From contig JAZDPK010000048.1 of NCBI GenBank assembly GCA_043797615.1, positions 22-64,021 of the forward strand: a stretch of DNA of 64,000 nucleotides, read 5' to 3'. Numbering within the stretch: position 1 is the first letter of the stretch; every line of letters begins with the position of its first letter. Source of the DNA: Parcubacteria group bacterium. Lineage in GTDB: Bacteria > Patescibacteriota > Patescibacteriia > UBA11705 > JABHMO01. The position numbers and the translations under genes are program-made. The notes beneath the pieces are model-generated. The model ran no database searches, was not told where the DNA came from, and saw only the letters and a list, made by a program, of their open reading frames with translations. Of the stretch, positions 29,499 to 37,310 are shown one piece after another.

Positions 29499-29632
29499 AA
29501 TGTCTAATTATTCTAATTGCTCTAATTAACCTAAATAAAATTCAAATTCCAAATTGCTAATATTAGTTTAGAAATTGGTTATTGGGATTTATTTAGAGTA
29601 ATTAAAATAATTAGTACAATTAGAATAATTTT
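29499..29632. repeat. taattag-word palindromic spacer element, copy 5
   Basis: aatgtctaattattctaattgctctaattaacctaaataa ... ttatttagagtaattaaaataattagtacaattagaataatt. Confidence 0.8.
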
Positions 29633-29635
29633 TTT

Positions 29636-30736
29636 ATGAAAGTCGATAAAAAATATTTGATCATCCTCGCTTCGATATTGGTCGTCGGATTCTTGTCCGG
29701 CGTGGTGGGCGAGCTCTGGGTCAACAGCTTTCTGCTGCCTGATCCTTATCTCAGTTTTAAAACTTATTCCGATTTGACGAAAAAGATCGATGATTTGGTT
29801 TCCGGGCAGAATAGTCGGAAGAATTTGACCGATCAAGACTTTGTCGCCAGCGCCGCCGTTCAGAAAGCAAAACCGGCGACGGTTGGAATTTATCGGGTGA
29901 AGAATTTCGCGCCGAATGCGTCCTACGGCTTGACGCAGAACGATCTGCTGGGCCAAGGGTCGATCATTACGAGCGACGGTTGGATTTTGACCGCCGACAC
30001 GGTGGCGAAAAGCGAAAAAACCGCGCTCTTTGTCGTGACCGCTGATCACCGGATATTTAAAACGGAAAAAACAATCATCGATCAGCCGTCCGGATCGGCA
30101 TTTTTAAAAATCAGCGCCGTTGATCTGCCGGTGTTCGAATTCAGTTTGAAAAGAGACTTGGCCGACAGCCAGAGCGTTTATCTGTTCGCCGGCAAAGGGA
30201 GCGTGGTTAACGCGAATATCGCCAATTTGAATTTTTCAAAAACGGAATCGGTCAATGAATTCATCAGAAGCAGTGAAGTTTATTATAAATATATCTTTGT
30301 TTCAGGCGCGTCAAATCCGGAATTTTTCGGCGGTCCGATCGTCACTTCGGCCGGCCGAATGATCGGATTCAGCCAGGACGCAAGCGGAATGATTTTGCCG
30401 GTGGATTGCTACGTGTCGCTCATGAAAAAAGTGGTGAAAGGCGAACCGTGGAAACAGCCGTATCTCGGCGTGAAGTTTTACGATTATTCGGAAATATTGA
30501 ATTCAACGATTTCAAACGCCAAAGGCGCTTTGATTCTTAAGACGCGCGGCATCAACGCGGACAGTCCGGCCAAAGGAATTTTATTGCCCGACGACGTCAT
30601 ATTGAAGGTGGAAAGCGAAGAGATTGATTCGAATAAAAATCTGCCGGAGCTTTTAAGCGCGTATAAATCCGGCGAAACCGTCAAATTCCTGATCAAGCGG
30701 GCAGGCAAGGAGCAGGAGGTGAATATTAAATTGTAA
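29636..30736 (+). CDS. HtrA/DegP-like trypsin-fold + PDZ protein lacking the catalytic triad
   Basis: 366 aa with an N-terminal TM helix. GSIITSDGWILTADTV aligns to G.GFII..DGYILTN.HV (no His), SAFLKI to DLA.LK. (no Asp), and PEFFGGPIV to GNSGGPL. (no Ser). C-terminal PDZ (GALILKT...SPAKGILLPDDVILKV...). Confidence 0.7.
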   Translation: MKVDKKYLIILASILVVGFLSGVVGELWVNSFLLPDPYLSFKTYSDLTKKIDDLVSGQNSRKNLTDQDFVASAAVQKAKPATVGIYRVKNFAPNASYGLTQNDLLGQGSIITSDGWILTADTVAKSEKTALFVVTADHRIFKTEKTIIDQPSGSAFLKISAVDLPVFEFSLKRDLADSQSVYLFAGKGSVVNANIANLNFSKTESVNEFIRSSEVYYKYIFVSGASNPEFFGGPIVTSAGRMIGFSQDASGMILPVDCYVSLMKKVVKGEPWKQPYLGVKFYDYSEILNSTISNAKGALILKTRGINADSPAKGILLPDDVILKVESEEIDSNKNLPELLSAYKSGETVKFLIKRAGKEQEVNIKL

Positions 30737-30878
30737 AGAAGAACGAGCTGATGCGAATTAATATAGTTGCAAATGATGCGAATCTATTAAGAATCATATC
30801 TTGAGAACGAGTAATTTGCGTATTGTTTTTATTCGCGGCATTAGCATTTTCGTTTATTCGCATCAACTTGTTTGTCTA

Positions 30879-30907
30879 TTGACAAAAGATTATTTCCGTG
30901 ATACAAT
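30879..30907 (+). promoter_or_regulatory. sigma70-like promoter candidate
   Basis: TTGACA (30879-30884), 17 nt, TACAAT (30902-30907). It places the transcription start after the TTG at 30913 and so supports the ATG at 30937. Confidence 0.55.
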
Positions 30908-30936
30908 AGTAATTGTCAAAATTTATAAAAAATACT

Positions 30937-31851
30937 ATGTCAAACATTCATACGCCCGATTATCCGAAAGCGATCAAGCGCGAATGGCGCAAGCTTTTGG
31001 CCGTTACTCTGATCGTTCTCTTGCTCGCGCTCGTGGCGACTATTGTCCAGCCATTCAAATACAAGGCGGCGGAAAGCATTTTGATTTTGCAGAAATCCGG
31101 CTTCAGCATCGACGCTTACAGCGCGTCGAAGTCGGAGGATCGCATCGCCACGAAATTGTCCCAGGTGGTTTATTCCAGCTCGTTTCTTGATCAGGTTTTG
31201 AGCTCGGATTCGGCGATCGATGAAAATTATTTCTCCAGCGATGAAAAAAGCCGGCGCAAAGAATGGGCCAAAACCATTGCTGCCGACGTGCCGTCCGGAC
31301 TGGGCAAGCTGGTAATCGCGGTTTACCATACCGATCCGAATCAGGCCTTGCTCATATCGCGGGCCGTGGCTTATGAATTGACCAGCCGCAAGAGCGATTA
31401 CATCGGCATATCCGACGTTGATCTGCGGGTGATCGACGCGCCGCTCGTTTCCAAATTCCCGGTGCGCCCGAATATTTTTCTCAACATAATTTTGGGATTG
31501 GCCGCCGGCTTCATTATCGGAATAATTTACATCATCATCGGCTACAAGCCGGAGGATGAGAAGTATTTCCATTCGCCGAAGCTGTCCGACATCCATCCGC
31601 ACGTTGTCGATTACAACAAAATTCCGGAAACGGAAAGCGTTGAAAAAGACATTGCCAAAGCGCCGGAGATTGCGGAAATAGACGATTTGGATGAAATTGA
31701 AGAATTAGAAGAGTCCGTATCTGATGAAATTCCCGTGCCGAGCGTTTCGGACAGTTTTGAAAACAAGAGCGAAGAGCGGATTGAAATGAAAAAAGAATTG
31801 CCGAAATTCGATGATGAGGATCGGGTTATTGGGATGCCGGAAAGAATGTAA
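30937..31851 (+). CDS. Wzz/chain-length-determinant-like membrane protein
   Basis: ORF 30913..31851 trimmed to MSNIHTPDY. TM1 LLAVTLIVLLLALVATIV, then a periplasmic-type domain, then TM2 IFLNIILGLAAGFIIGIIYIIIGY, as in Wzz/CapA N-terminal domains. Acidic tail. Confidence 0.6.
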   Translation: MSNIHTPDYPKAIKREWRKLLAVTLIVLLLALVATIVQPFKYKAAESILILQKSGFSIDAYSASKSEDRIATKLSQVVYSSSFLDQVLSSDSAIDENYFSSDEKSRRKEWAKTIAADVPSGLGKLVIAVYHTDPNQALLISRAVAYELTSRKSDYIGISDVDLRVIDAPLVSKFPVRPNIFLNIILGLAAGFIIGIIYIIIGYKPEDEKYFHSPKLSDIHPHVVDYNKIPETESVEKDIAKAPEIAEIDDLDEIEELEESVSDEIPVPSVSDSFENKSEERIEMKKELPKFDDEDRVIGMPERM

Positions 31852-31885
31852 TGAGCAATGAGGAATCAATTTGAAATATAAAAAA

Positions 31886-31914
31886 ACATCGGCCTGACAA
31901 GACCGGTGTTTTTG
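31886..31914 (+). terminator. rho-independent terminator candidate
   Basis: acatcgg pairs with ccggtgt (one G-U pair), followed by TTTTTG. Confidence 0.45.
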
Positions 31915-31931
31915 TTCCGGTGTTTTTGTTC

Positions 31932-31960
31932 TTGACAAAACTAATTCGATGGTATATTAT
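31932..31960 (+). promoter_or_regulatory. sigma70-like promoter candidate
   Basis: TTGACA (31932-31937), 17 nt, TATTAT (31955-31960), upstream of the 32013 gene. Confidence 0.5.
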
Positions 31961-32012
31961 TTAGAGTCTCGATTAAATCGGTCCATTGTTAATTTATAAA
32001 TAAAAGGAGGGA

Positions 32013-32981
32013 ATGATGAGCGAAAAGGATAAAAATGATCATGCGGGAACAGACGATTTTAATTTGCGCGTGGAAGACGAATCGAAAAATGGAGCGGGCG
32101 TTGATTCCGCTGCCGCATCGCCATTGCCGAAAGTGGTGATCGACGAAGCGAAGCTGAATCCGCCGGCGTTGCCCGCATCGCCGGCTTTGTTGCCTTTGGC
32201 GGAAAACAAGCTCGAAGAGCAGTTTTTCAGCGGCGGGGTGAAGAGCAAAGAACTTCATCAGATTCAGTGCGGTCAGAGCGAAGAAGCGGCGCGGCTCGAA
32301 GCCGAGGAAAAGCGTTTGGCGGAAATTCGTCTCGAACTTGTTGAAAAAGAGAATGAACTGGAGTATCTTCAGAATTCGCTGATGCATCGGCATTGGGATT
32401 TTCAGCAGTTCTTCGCCGTGAAACTGCGCCTAAGCCGCGACGAGAACAAGGAACTGCGGCGGAAAGCGCAACTGGCGGAAGAGCGCTTGGCGCGAAGTGG
32501 CGTTCATGTCGTTCAAGTGATTGAAGCGTTGAACGCGCAGGCCGAAGCCAAGCTCGAAAAAACGCTGGCGCGGAAAAGGGAAGAGCTGGAAAGCGAATTT
32601 GCGGAAAAAGGGCAGAAGCTGGACGAGCAAGTGGAAATTTTCGCCCGCGCATTCCACGAGCTTTATGCGGAAAAAGAATTGTCCAAAGCGTTCAGAGCCA
32701 AGCAGAAAAAGTGGTACAAGGAAAAGCTGGCGGCCGAACTTGCCAAATTGCAGGTTCCGGCAGCCGCGTCCTTGCCGTATCCTTTGGCCGATGCGCTGTT
32801 GAACGCGAAAACAGCAGCGGAAATTCCTCTGCCTGCCGAGCGCATATCCCAGCCGCCGCCTCTGCCGACTTCCGAGCCGGTCAAAACCGACGATGAAAAG
32901 GTTCCGGCGTGGATGATTGGCGCGATTATTTCCGGAGTTGCATTGATTGCCGGATTAATTGCGGCCGCAGTCGCGATTTAA
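32013..32981 (+). CDS. coiled-coil protein with C-terminal membrane anchor, hypothetical
   Basis: 322 aa, RBS aaaggaggg. Long Glu/Lys/Ala/Leu heptad-like region and a terminal TM helix WMIGAIISGVALIAGLIAAAVAI. Confidence 0.65.
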   Translation: MMSEKDKNDHAGTDDFNLRVEDESKNGAGVDSAAASPLPKVVIDEAKLNPPALPASPALLPLAENKLEEQFFSGGVKSKELHQIQCGQSEEAARLEAEEKRLAEIRLELVEKENELEYLQNSLMHRHWDFQQFFAVKLRLSRDENKELRRKAQLAEERLARSGVHVVQVIEALNAQAEAKLEKTLARKREELESEFAEKGQKLDEQVEIFARAFHELYAEKELSKAFRAKQKKWYKEKLAAELAKLQVPAAASLPYPLADALLNAKTAAEIPLPAERISQPPPLPTSEPVKTDDEKVPAWMIGAIISGVALIAGLIAAAVAI

Positions 32982-33115
32982 TTTATTTTTTTATACCATC
33001 AACTGAATCAAGTTGGTGGTATTTATTTTAAGGAAATTATTATTGATTATTTGGCTAAATTATAAGTAAATAATATCATAATTACATCATGTGTTAATCA
33101 GTTGTTCTTCCACTA

Positions 33116-33144
33116 TTGACAATTTTCAAAAAGTATGCTATAAT
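33116..33144 (+). promoter_or_regulatory. consensus sigma70-like promoter
   Basis: TTGACA (33116-33121), 17 nt, TATAAT (33139-33144). A second candidate (TTGACA-17-TAATCT) lies about 70 nt downstream. Confidence 0.6.
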
Positions 33145-33314
33145 GTTCTGTCATCACAAAATCAAGAATCGTGTCCAAAATATCCATTGACAATCAATCG
33201 CTAACCGGATAATCTATGTTTGTTTGTCAGTTTTGCTGGCAAATAAGCATGGGTTGTTCTGTTCATTTATTTTAACTAGCTTTAAAAGCTACAAACCGTA
33301 AAAGGAGGACTAAG

Positions 33315-34013
33315 ATGACTAAGACGCAGAAATTTGGAATCGGAGTAGGGATCGTGGCAGTTCTGGTAGTCGGCGCGGGCGCATTCTTTTCGGCCAAGCT
33401 GATGTCTGCCAAGTACACCGACGGCAAGGTGGCCGCGGTGACGAGTCGCGTCGCCAACAATGAGAGGAGCGCTCTCGAGTTCGCGCAAAAAATGAAGATG
33501 ACGGTCGATGATATCGCCGCGTCGGCCAAGTCAGCGCGCGAGTTGGTCACCAGTGCGGACACCAACAGCAAGAAAGCGGTCGCGGATGTGGCGGAACTCA
33601 AGGCAGTTATCGAATTTCTGAAGGCGACCGACACCAGCCTCGACGAGCGGATGAACAAGACGGAAGAGAAAGTTTACGACTTCGACAAGCGCCTCACCGA
33701 CGTGACTGAAGTGGTGAAGAAGCTGTCGACCACCCCACCCGCAGTCGTGGCTAAGCCCGAGCCGACAAAGAATGCTCCCGCGGCACTTGCCAAGGCCAAG
33801 CCGGTCGTGAAGAAAGCGCCGACCAAGGTGGCCAAGAAGCCCGCGGCCGTCGCGAAGAAGCCGGTGAAAAAGATCACCAAGAAGGTGATCAAGAAATCGG
33901 CCAAGGTGGTGAAGGCGAAAACCGTGAAGCTCGATGCCGGCGCCAAGACGGTCATCACGGTCGGTCCTAACAAGGACGGCCAAATGGAAGTGACTCTGGA
34001 TATCTTCAAGTAG
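33315..34013 (+). CDS. N-terminally anchored protein with Lys/Ala/Pro-rich basic tail, hypothetical
   Basis: 232 aa, RBS aaaggagga. TM FGIGVGIVAVLVVGAGAFF, a helical region, then AKPVVKKAPTKVAKKPAAVAKKPVKKITKKVIKK. Confidence 0.7.
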   Translation: MTKTQKFGIGVGIVAVLVVGAGAFFSAKLMSAKYTDGKVAAVTSRVANNERSALEFAQKMKMTVDDIAASAKSARELVTSADTNSKKAVADVAELKAVIEFLKATDTSLDERMNKTEEKVYDFDKRLTDVTEVVKKLSTTPPAVVAKPEPTKNAPAALAKAKPVVKKAPTKVAKKPAAVAKKPVKKITKKVIKKSAKVVKAKTVKLDAGAKTVITVGPNKDGQMEVTLDIFK

Positions 34014-34141
34014 TTACAACCATCAACCAGGTGGGACAGATTCAAAACCTGTCCCCCTAAATCCGATCAATCAAGTTGAAAGATTTGATTTATCAGATGT
34101 AGGATGGCTTTTTCAAAAACAATTTTAAGGAGGATACGGAA

Positions 34142-34705
34142 ATGAAAAAGTTAGCATGTTCTTTGATTTGTTTGAGTGTGTTCGTGGCGATTTCCGCCGA
34201 GGCCAAGAAGGAAGTCCAGACCATTCTGCTTCGCGTGCGCGTCAACGGCAAGGAGCAGAGCAAGGTTCTGGTTCCGCTGAAGGCCAACAAGCTTCAGCTC
34301 ACCATCAATCAGGCCGACGTCGGCAAGGCACTGAAAGCTAAGCCGGCCGAGCCCTGCAAGGACGCGGTCAAGAAGCCCGAACCGAAGGTCAAGGCTCCCG
34401 CCGCCCCCGCGCCCAGCGTGAAGGAAGAAGCAGCGCCGAGCGTGGAAGAGGATGGCGGGCTTGAAGGAATTCCGGACGATTCGTCGGAATCGGAATCAAG
34501 GAAAGAAAAGCGCTCCGATCTGGCGCCCGCTCCGGTAGCGCCGATTCCGACCGAGCCGCCGGCCAAGTGCGAATCTCACTTCTACGAGAAGTGGTGGTTC
34601 TGGACGATTGTCGGAGTCGTCGCCGGGAGCACCATCTGGAAAGTGGGCGACCACAACGGATGGTGGGACATACCGATCTATGACGGAAATCGCCGTCATC
34701 GGTAA
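34142..34705 (+). CDS. secreted/anchored hypothetical protein
   Basis: 187 aa, RBS taaggagga. Signal peptide MKKLACSLICLSVFVAISAEA, a Pro/Ala/Lys/Glu-rich linker, and a C-terminal Trp-rich TM segment WWFWTIVGVVAGSTIW. Confidence 0.7.
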   Translation: MKKLACSLICLSVFVAISAEAKKEVQTILLRVRVNGKEQSKVLVPLKANKLQLTINQADVGKALKAKPAEPCKDAVKKPEPKVKAPAAPAPSVKEEAAPSVEEDGGLEGIPDDSSESESRKEKRSDLAPAPVAPIPTEPPAKCESHFYEKWWFWTIVGVVAGSTIWKVGDHNGWWDIPIYDGNRRHR

Positions 34706-34723
34706 TCTCTCAACGAGAAACAC

Positions 34724-34749
34724 GGGGAGCAAGAGCATTCTTGTTCCCC
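34724..34749 (+). terminator. hairpin after 34142..34705 (no T-run)
   Basis: ggggagcaag pairs with cttgttcccc (one G-U pair). Lies 19 nt after the stop. Confidence 0.35.
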
Positions 34750-34859
34750 CTCAACCGAACGGTTAATTGAAAAATTGACCTTTCAGTTGAGGGAAAGAAA
34801 ACCCTTGTGTATATTAACAATTTTTTACAAATTTTTTTCAAAGAAAGAGAGGAAGAGTC

Positions 34860-35963
34860 ATGAAGAAGGTAATGGAAAAACTGATCGTGAGTATGGTTCT
34901 GGTTCTGAGTTTGGTGGCTGGTTGCCGGTACGTGGACTTTCGGTCCAAGGACGCAACCGGGTATGGCCCGTGCGCCACCGATGCCAACTGCGATGCCGGG
35001 CTGATCTGCGCGTTGAACGTGCAGCAGACCGAACTCGTGTGCATGTCCGGCTGCCGCAATGACGCCATGTGCGGCGATCCCAGCAAGATCTGCGCGTATG
35101 ATTCCGACCTGGGTCGGGACATCTGCCAGACGGGATGTCGCGCTGATGCGACCTGTAACTATGATGAGCTGTGCATGAATGACAGCGACATCGGCTACAG
35201 CATTTGCGTGAAAGGGTGTTATCGCAACTCGCACTTCACCACACTGGACGAGACCACCACCAACCCCGACGGCACGACTGTTCATTCGGTGATCGTCACC
35301 GAACATCTGGACGTTGATTCGTGTCAGCGGAATGGGGACACCACCAAGGAATGCGACGAAACGAAGGATCCGTATGAGTGCGTGTCCAAAAATTCGCAGC
35401 AGGACGGCGGCGTGGCTCCGGTGGACGGCGGGTACACCCCTCCTCCTCCGGCGGTCGACGGCGGTTCTGCTCCGGTAGACGGCGGATACACTCCTCCGGC
35501 TGACGGTGGACAGGCTGCTGACGGCGGCGTGACTCCTGACGGCGGCGTGACCCAGGACGGTGGAGTGACGCAGGATGCCGGTGTTTTCACACCGACGACC
35601 TCTATCACCGCGCACATCTGTTGCCCCACAGGCAAGGAAGTAATACTATGGTGGGGTAATGCCGATGTCAATCACAGCCCGAACTCAAATGGGCAACCGT
35701 GCGGGGATTTCACCATGACGCTGGCCGGGGACAACAACTTTTGTTCCCGGGGAGCTCACCCCAACACGTCGGCAACGACAATGGAAGGCGGCTGGTTCAG
35801 CTACAACTGCCGTTCAGGATCTGACTACGGCGGCTGGGAGCAGTCAACAGTGACCACGGTGGTCGACCAAGCCGGTTCGCCGATGTCGTATTCGACACCT
35901 TTCAGAGCAACGACTTCGGCGAGCAATATCGCTGAAGTGGTAGTGGGAAACACCTGCTACTGA
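34860..35963 (+). CDS. Cys-rich lipoprotein, paralog 1 (shared C-terminal module)
   Basis: 367 aa. Signal plus lipobox LSLVAGC, three C..(N/A)D..C modules, a DGG-repeat linker (aa 182-241), and a C-terminal module ICCPTG...LWWG...FCSRGAHPN...GWFSYNC...AEVVVGNTCY. Confidence 0.8.
   Translation: MKKVMEKLIVSMVLVLSLVAGCRYVDFRSKDATGYGPCATDANCDAGLICALNVQQTELVCMSGCRNDAMCGDPSKICAYDSDLGRDICQTGCRADATCNYDELCMNDSDIGYSICVKGCYRNSHFTTLDETTTNPDGTTVHSVIVTEHLDVDSCQRNGDTTKECDETKDPYECVSKNSQQDGGVAPVDGGYTPPPPAVDGGSAPVDGGYTPPADGGQAADGGVTPDGGVTQDGGVTQDAGVFTPTTSITAHICCPTGKEVILWWGNADVNHSPNSNGQPCGDFTMTLAGDNNFCSRGAHPNTSATTMEGGWFSYNCRSGSDYGGWEQSTVTTVVDQAGSPMSYSTPFRATTSASNIAEVVVGNTCY
35403..35582 (+). repeat. in-frame DGG-unit tandem repeats (low-complexity linker)
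   Basis: Encodes DGGVAPVDGGYTPPPPAVDGGSAPVDGGYTPPADGGQAADGGVTPDGGVTQDGGVTQDAG. A similar linker occurs at about 37566-37665 in the 37311 gene. Confidence 0.8.
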
Positions 35964-35971
35964 TTTTCCGG

Positions 35972-36008
35972 GTCCCTTGTGTGAATCAACACAAGGGACT
36001 CTTTTATT
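35972..36008 (+). terminator. rho-independent terminator
   Basis: gtcccttgtgt (35972-35982) pairs with acacaagggac (35989-35999), followed by tcttttatttg. Confidence 0.7.
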
Positions 36009-36146
36009 TGCGAGGGAGGAACGACCGGAGCAATCTACTGCTTATGTTTTGAAGCAACCGAAGTAATCTTGACGGTTAAATCTTCCAAGATTGCGTCGCT
36101 CATATTTTCTATTATTTTTTATCGGGAAATTATCGCTCGCAAATAA
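36004..36146. repeat. TIR-bounded palindromic element, copy F1
   Basis: ttatttgcgag (36004-36014) and ctcgcaaataa (36136-36146) are exact reverse complements. Contains ccaagattgcgtcgct. Confidence 0.7.
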
Positions 36147-36163
36147 ATAAGCTTCGCATGGTG

Positions 36164-36192
36164 TTGACAAAAAAATTGTAAACGGCTAATAT
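36164..36192 (+). promoter_or_regulatory. sigma70-like promoter candidate
   Basis: TTGACA (36164-36169), 17 nt, TAATAT (36187-36192), 47 nt upstream of the 36239 ATG. Confidence 0.55.
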
Positions 36193-36238
36193 TTTATTGG
36201 TGAGTTAACGGTTTAGTTTTTTCAAAAGGAGAAAGACA

Positions 36239-36847
36239 ATGAAGAATCGGATTTTCGCGTTTGTCGGTTTGCTGATGTTTGTTTGTCTAGTATTGATCGG
36301 ATGCGGCTATCATCATCACTGCGATCGGAATCAAGTCTATGCTAATGGCCAGTGCCAGGTGAGTTGCGCGAATGATTACACCTGCATTCACGATGTTGAA
36401 GCCGGTCCGTCGTTCAAGTGCGACACGAATCTCGGTTATTGCGTTGAGAAAGAAACAAGGCCAGCAGTTCGCGACGGCGGCGTTCCGACTGTTGATGGCG
36501 GTTTTGAATCGGCAGTGCAAACGCGCATTTGCTGCCCGACCGGAACCGGCCAAGTGGAATTGTGGTACGGCAGTACGGCTCATGCGACTTCGTCCGGCGC
36601 ATCCTGTGAAAATTTCTGGATGCCCATGGCCGCATTCTGCCAACGCGGCGCCCATCCCAATTCGCTCGGTGGATGGTATACGTTTACATGTCATAATGGA
36701 GGCGGTTATTGGGGCGGATGGACAAGTGCGTCGGTTGTGTCCGTTACCAATCAAAATGGAAGTCCGTATTCTTATTCGGTGATCCGCGGCACGGTCAATA
36801 CCAGCGGGGTGGCAGAAGTGGTTGTTTACGGCACTTGCCAGCAGTGA
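36239..36847 (+). CDS. Cys-rich lipoprotein, paralog 2 (shared N- and C-terminal modules)
   Basis: 202 aa. Signal plus lipobox VLIGC, N-module CDRNQVYANGQCQVSCANDYTCIHDVEAGPSFKCDTNLGYCV, a short DGG linker, and C-module ICCPTG...LWYG...FCQRGAHPN...GWYTFTC...NTSGVAEVVVYGTCQQ. Confidence 0.8.
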   Translation: MKNRIFAFVGLLMFVCLVLIGCGYHHHCDRNQVYANGQCQVSCANDYTCIHDVEAGPSFKCDTNLGYCVEKETRPAVRDGGVPTVDGGFESAVQTRICCPTGTGQVELWYGSTAHATSSGASCENFWMPMAAFCQRGAHPNSLGGWYTFTCHNGGGYWGGWTSASVVSVTNQNGSPYSYSVIRGTVNTSGVAEVVVYGTCQQ

Positions 36848-36853
36848 TTTTCC

Positions 36854-36892
36854 AAGTTCCTTGGTGTCAACGACGCCGAGGAACTTTTTTAT
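36854..36892 (+). terminator. rho-independent terminator
   Basis: aagttcct (36854-36861) pairs with aggaactt (36879-36886), followed by TTTTTTATT. Confidence 0.6.
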
Positions 36893-36994
36893 TCGCAAGA
36901 AAAGCCGTAAAAGACAAATATGGCGATTAAATTTCAAGATTGCTTCGCTCTCATTACGCATTAAATTTCCTCTAAGATAATCGCTCGCAAATAA
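36889..36994. repeat. TIR-bounded palindromic element, copy F2
   Basis: ttattcgcaag (36889-36899) against ctcgcaaataa (36984-36994). Contains caagattgcttcgct. Confidence 0.6.
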
Positions 36995-37053
36995 ACGAGC
37001 TTCGCAGGAAAAACATGGCGGAAAAAGCAAATAAGGGAAAATTTGTTGAAAAC

Positions 37054-37082
37054 TTGACAATTTCTTTAATTTTGTATACAAT
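37054..37082 (+). promoter_or_regulatory. sigma70-like promoter candidate
   Basis: TTGACA (37054-37059), 17 nt, TACAAT (37077-37082). Implies a leader of about 220 nt before the 37311 ATG. Confidence 0.5.
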
Positions 37083-37310
37083 AGCATGTTAAATTGAAAA
37101 GGGCGGAAAAAGGCAGTATAAGGCGGAAAAGGGAAATGAATTTTTTTATCTTAATTTATACAATTTTTTATCAGTTTCAGCGGCACGGATATTTTTTTTC
37201 GCGCTTCTTAAATTGACGGAAAATTCTTTTCGTCGGTTCGTTGAAAATTCAAGAGAAAACGTTTTATTTTTTAACAGACCATAAAAAGGTCCAAAACAAG
37301 GAGGAAAGAG

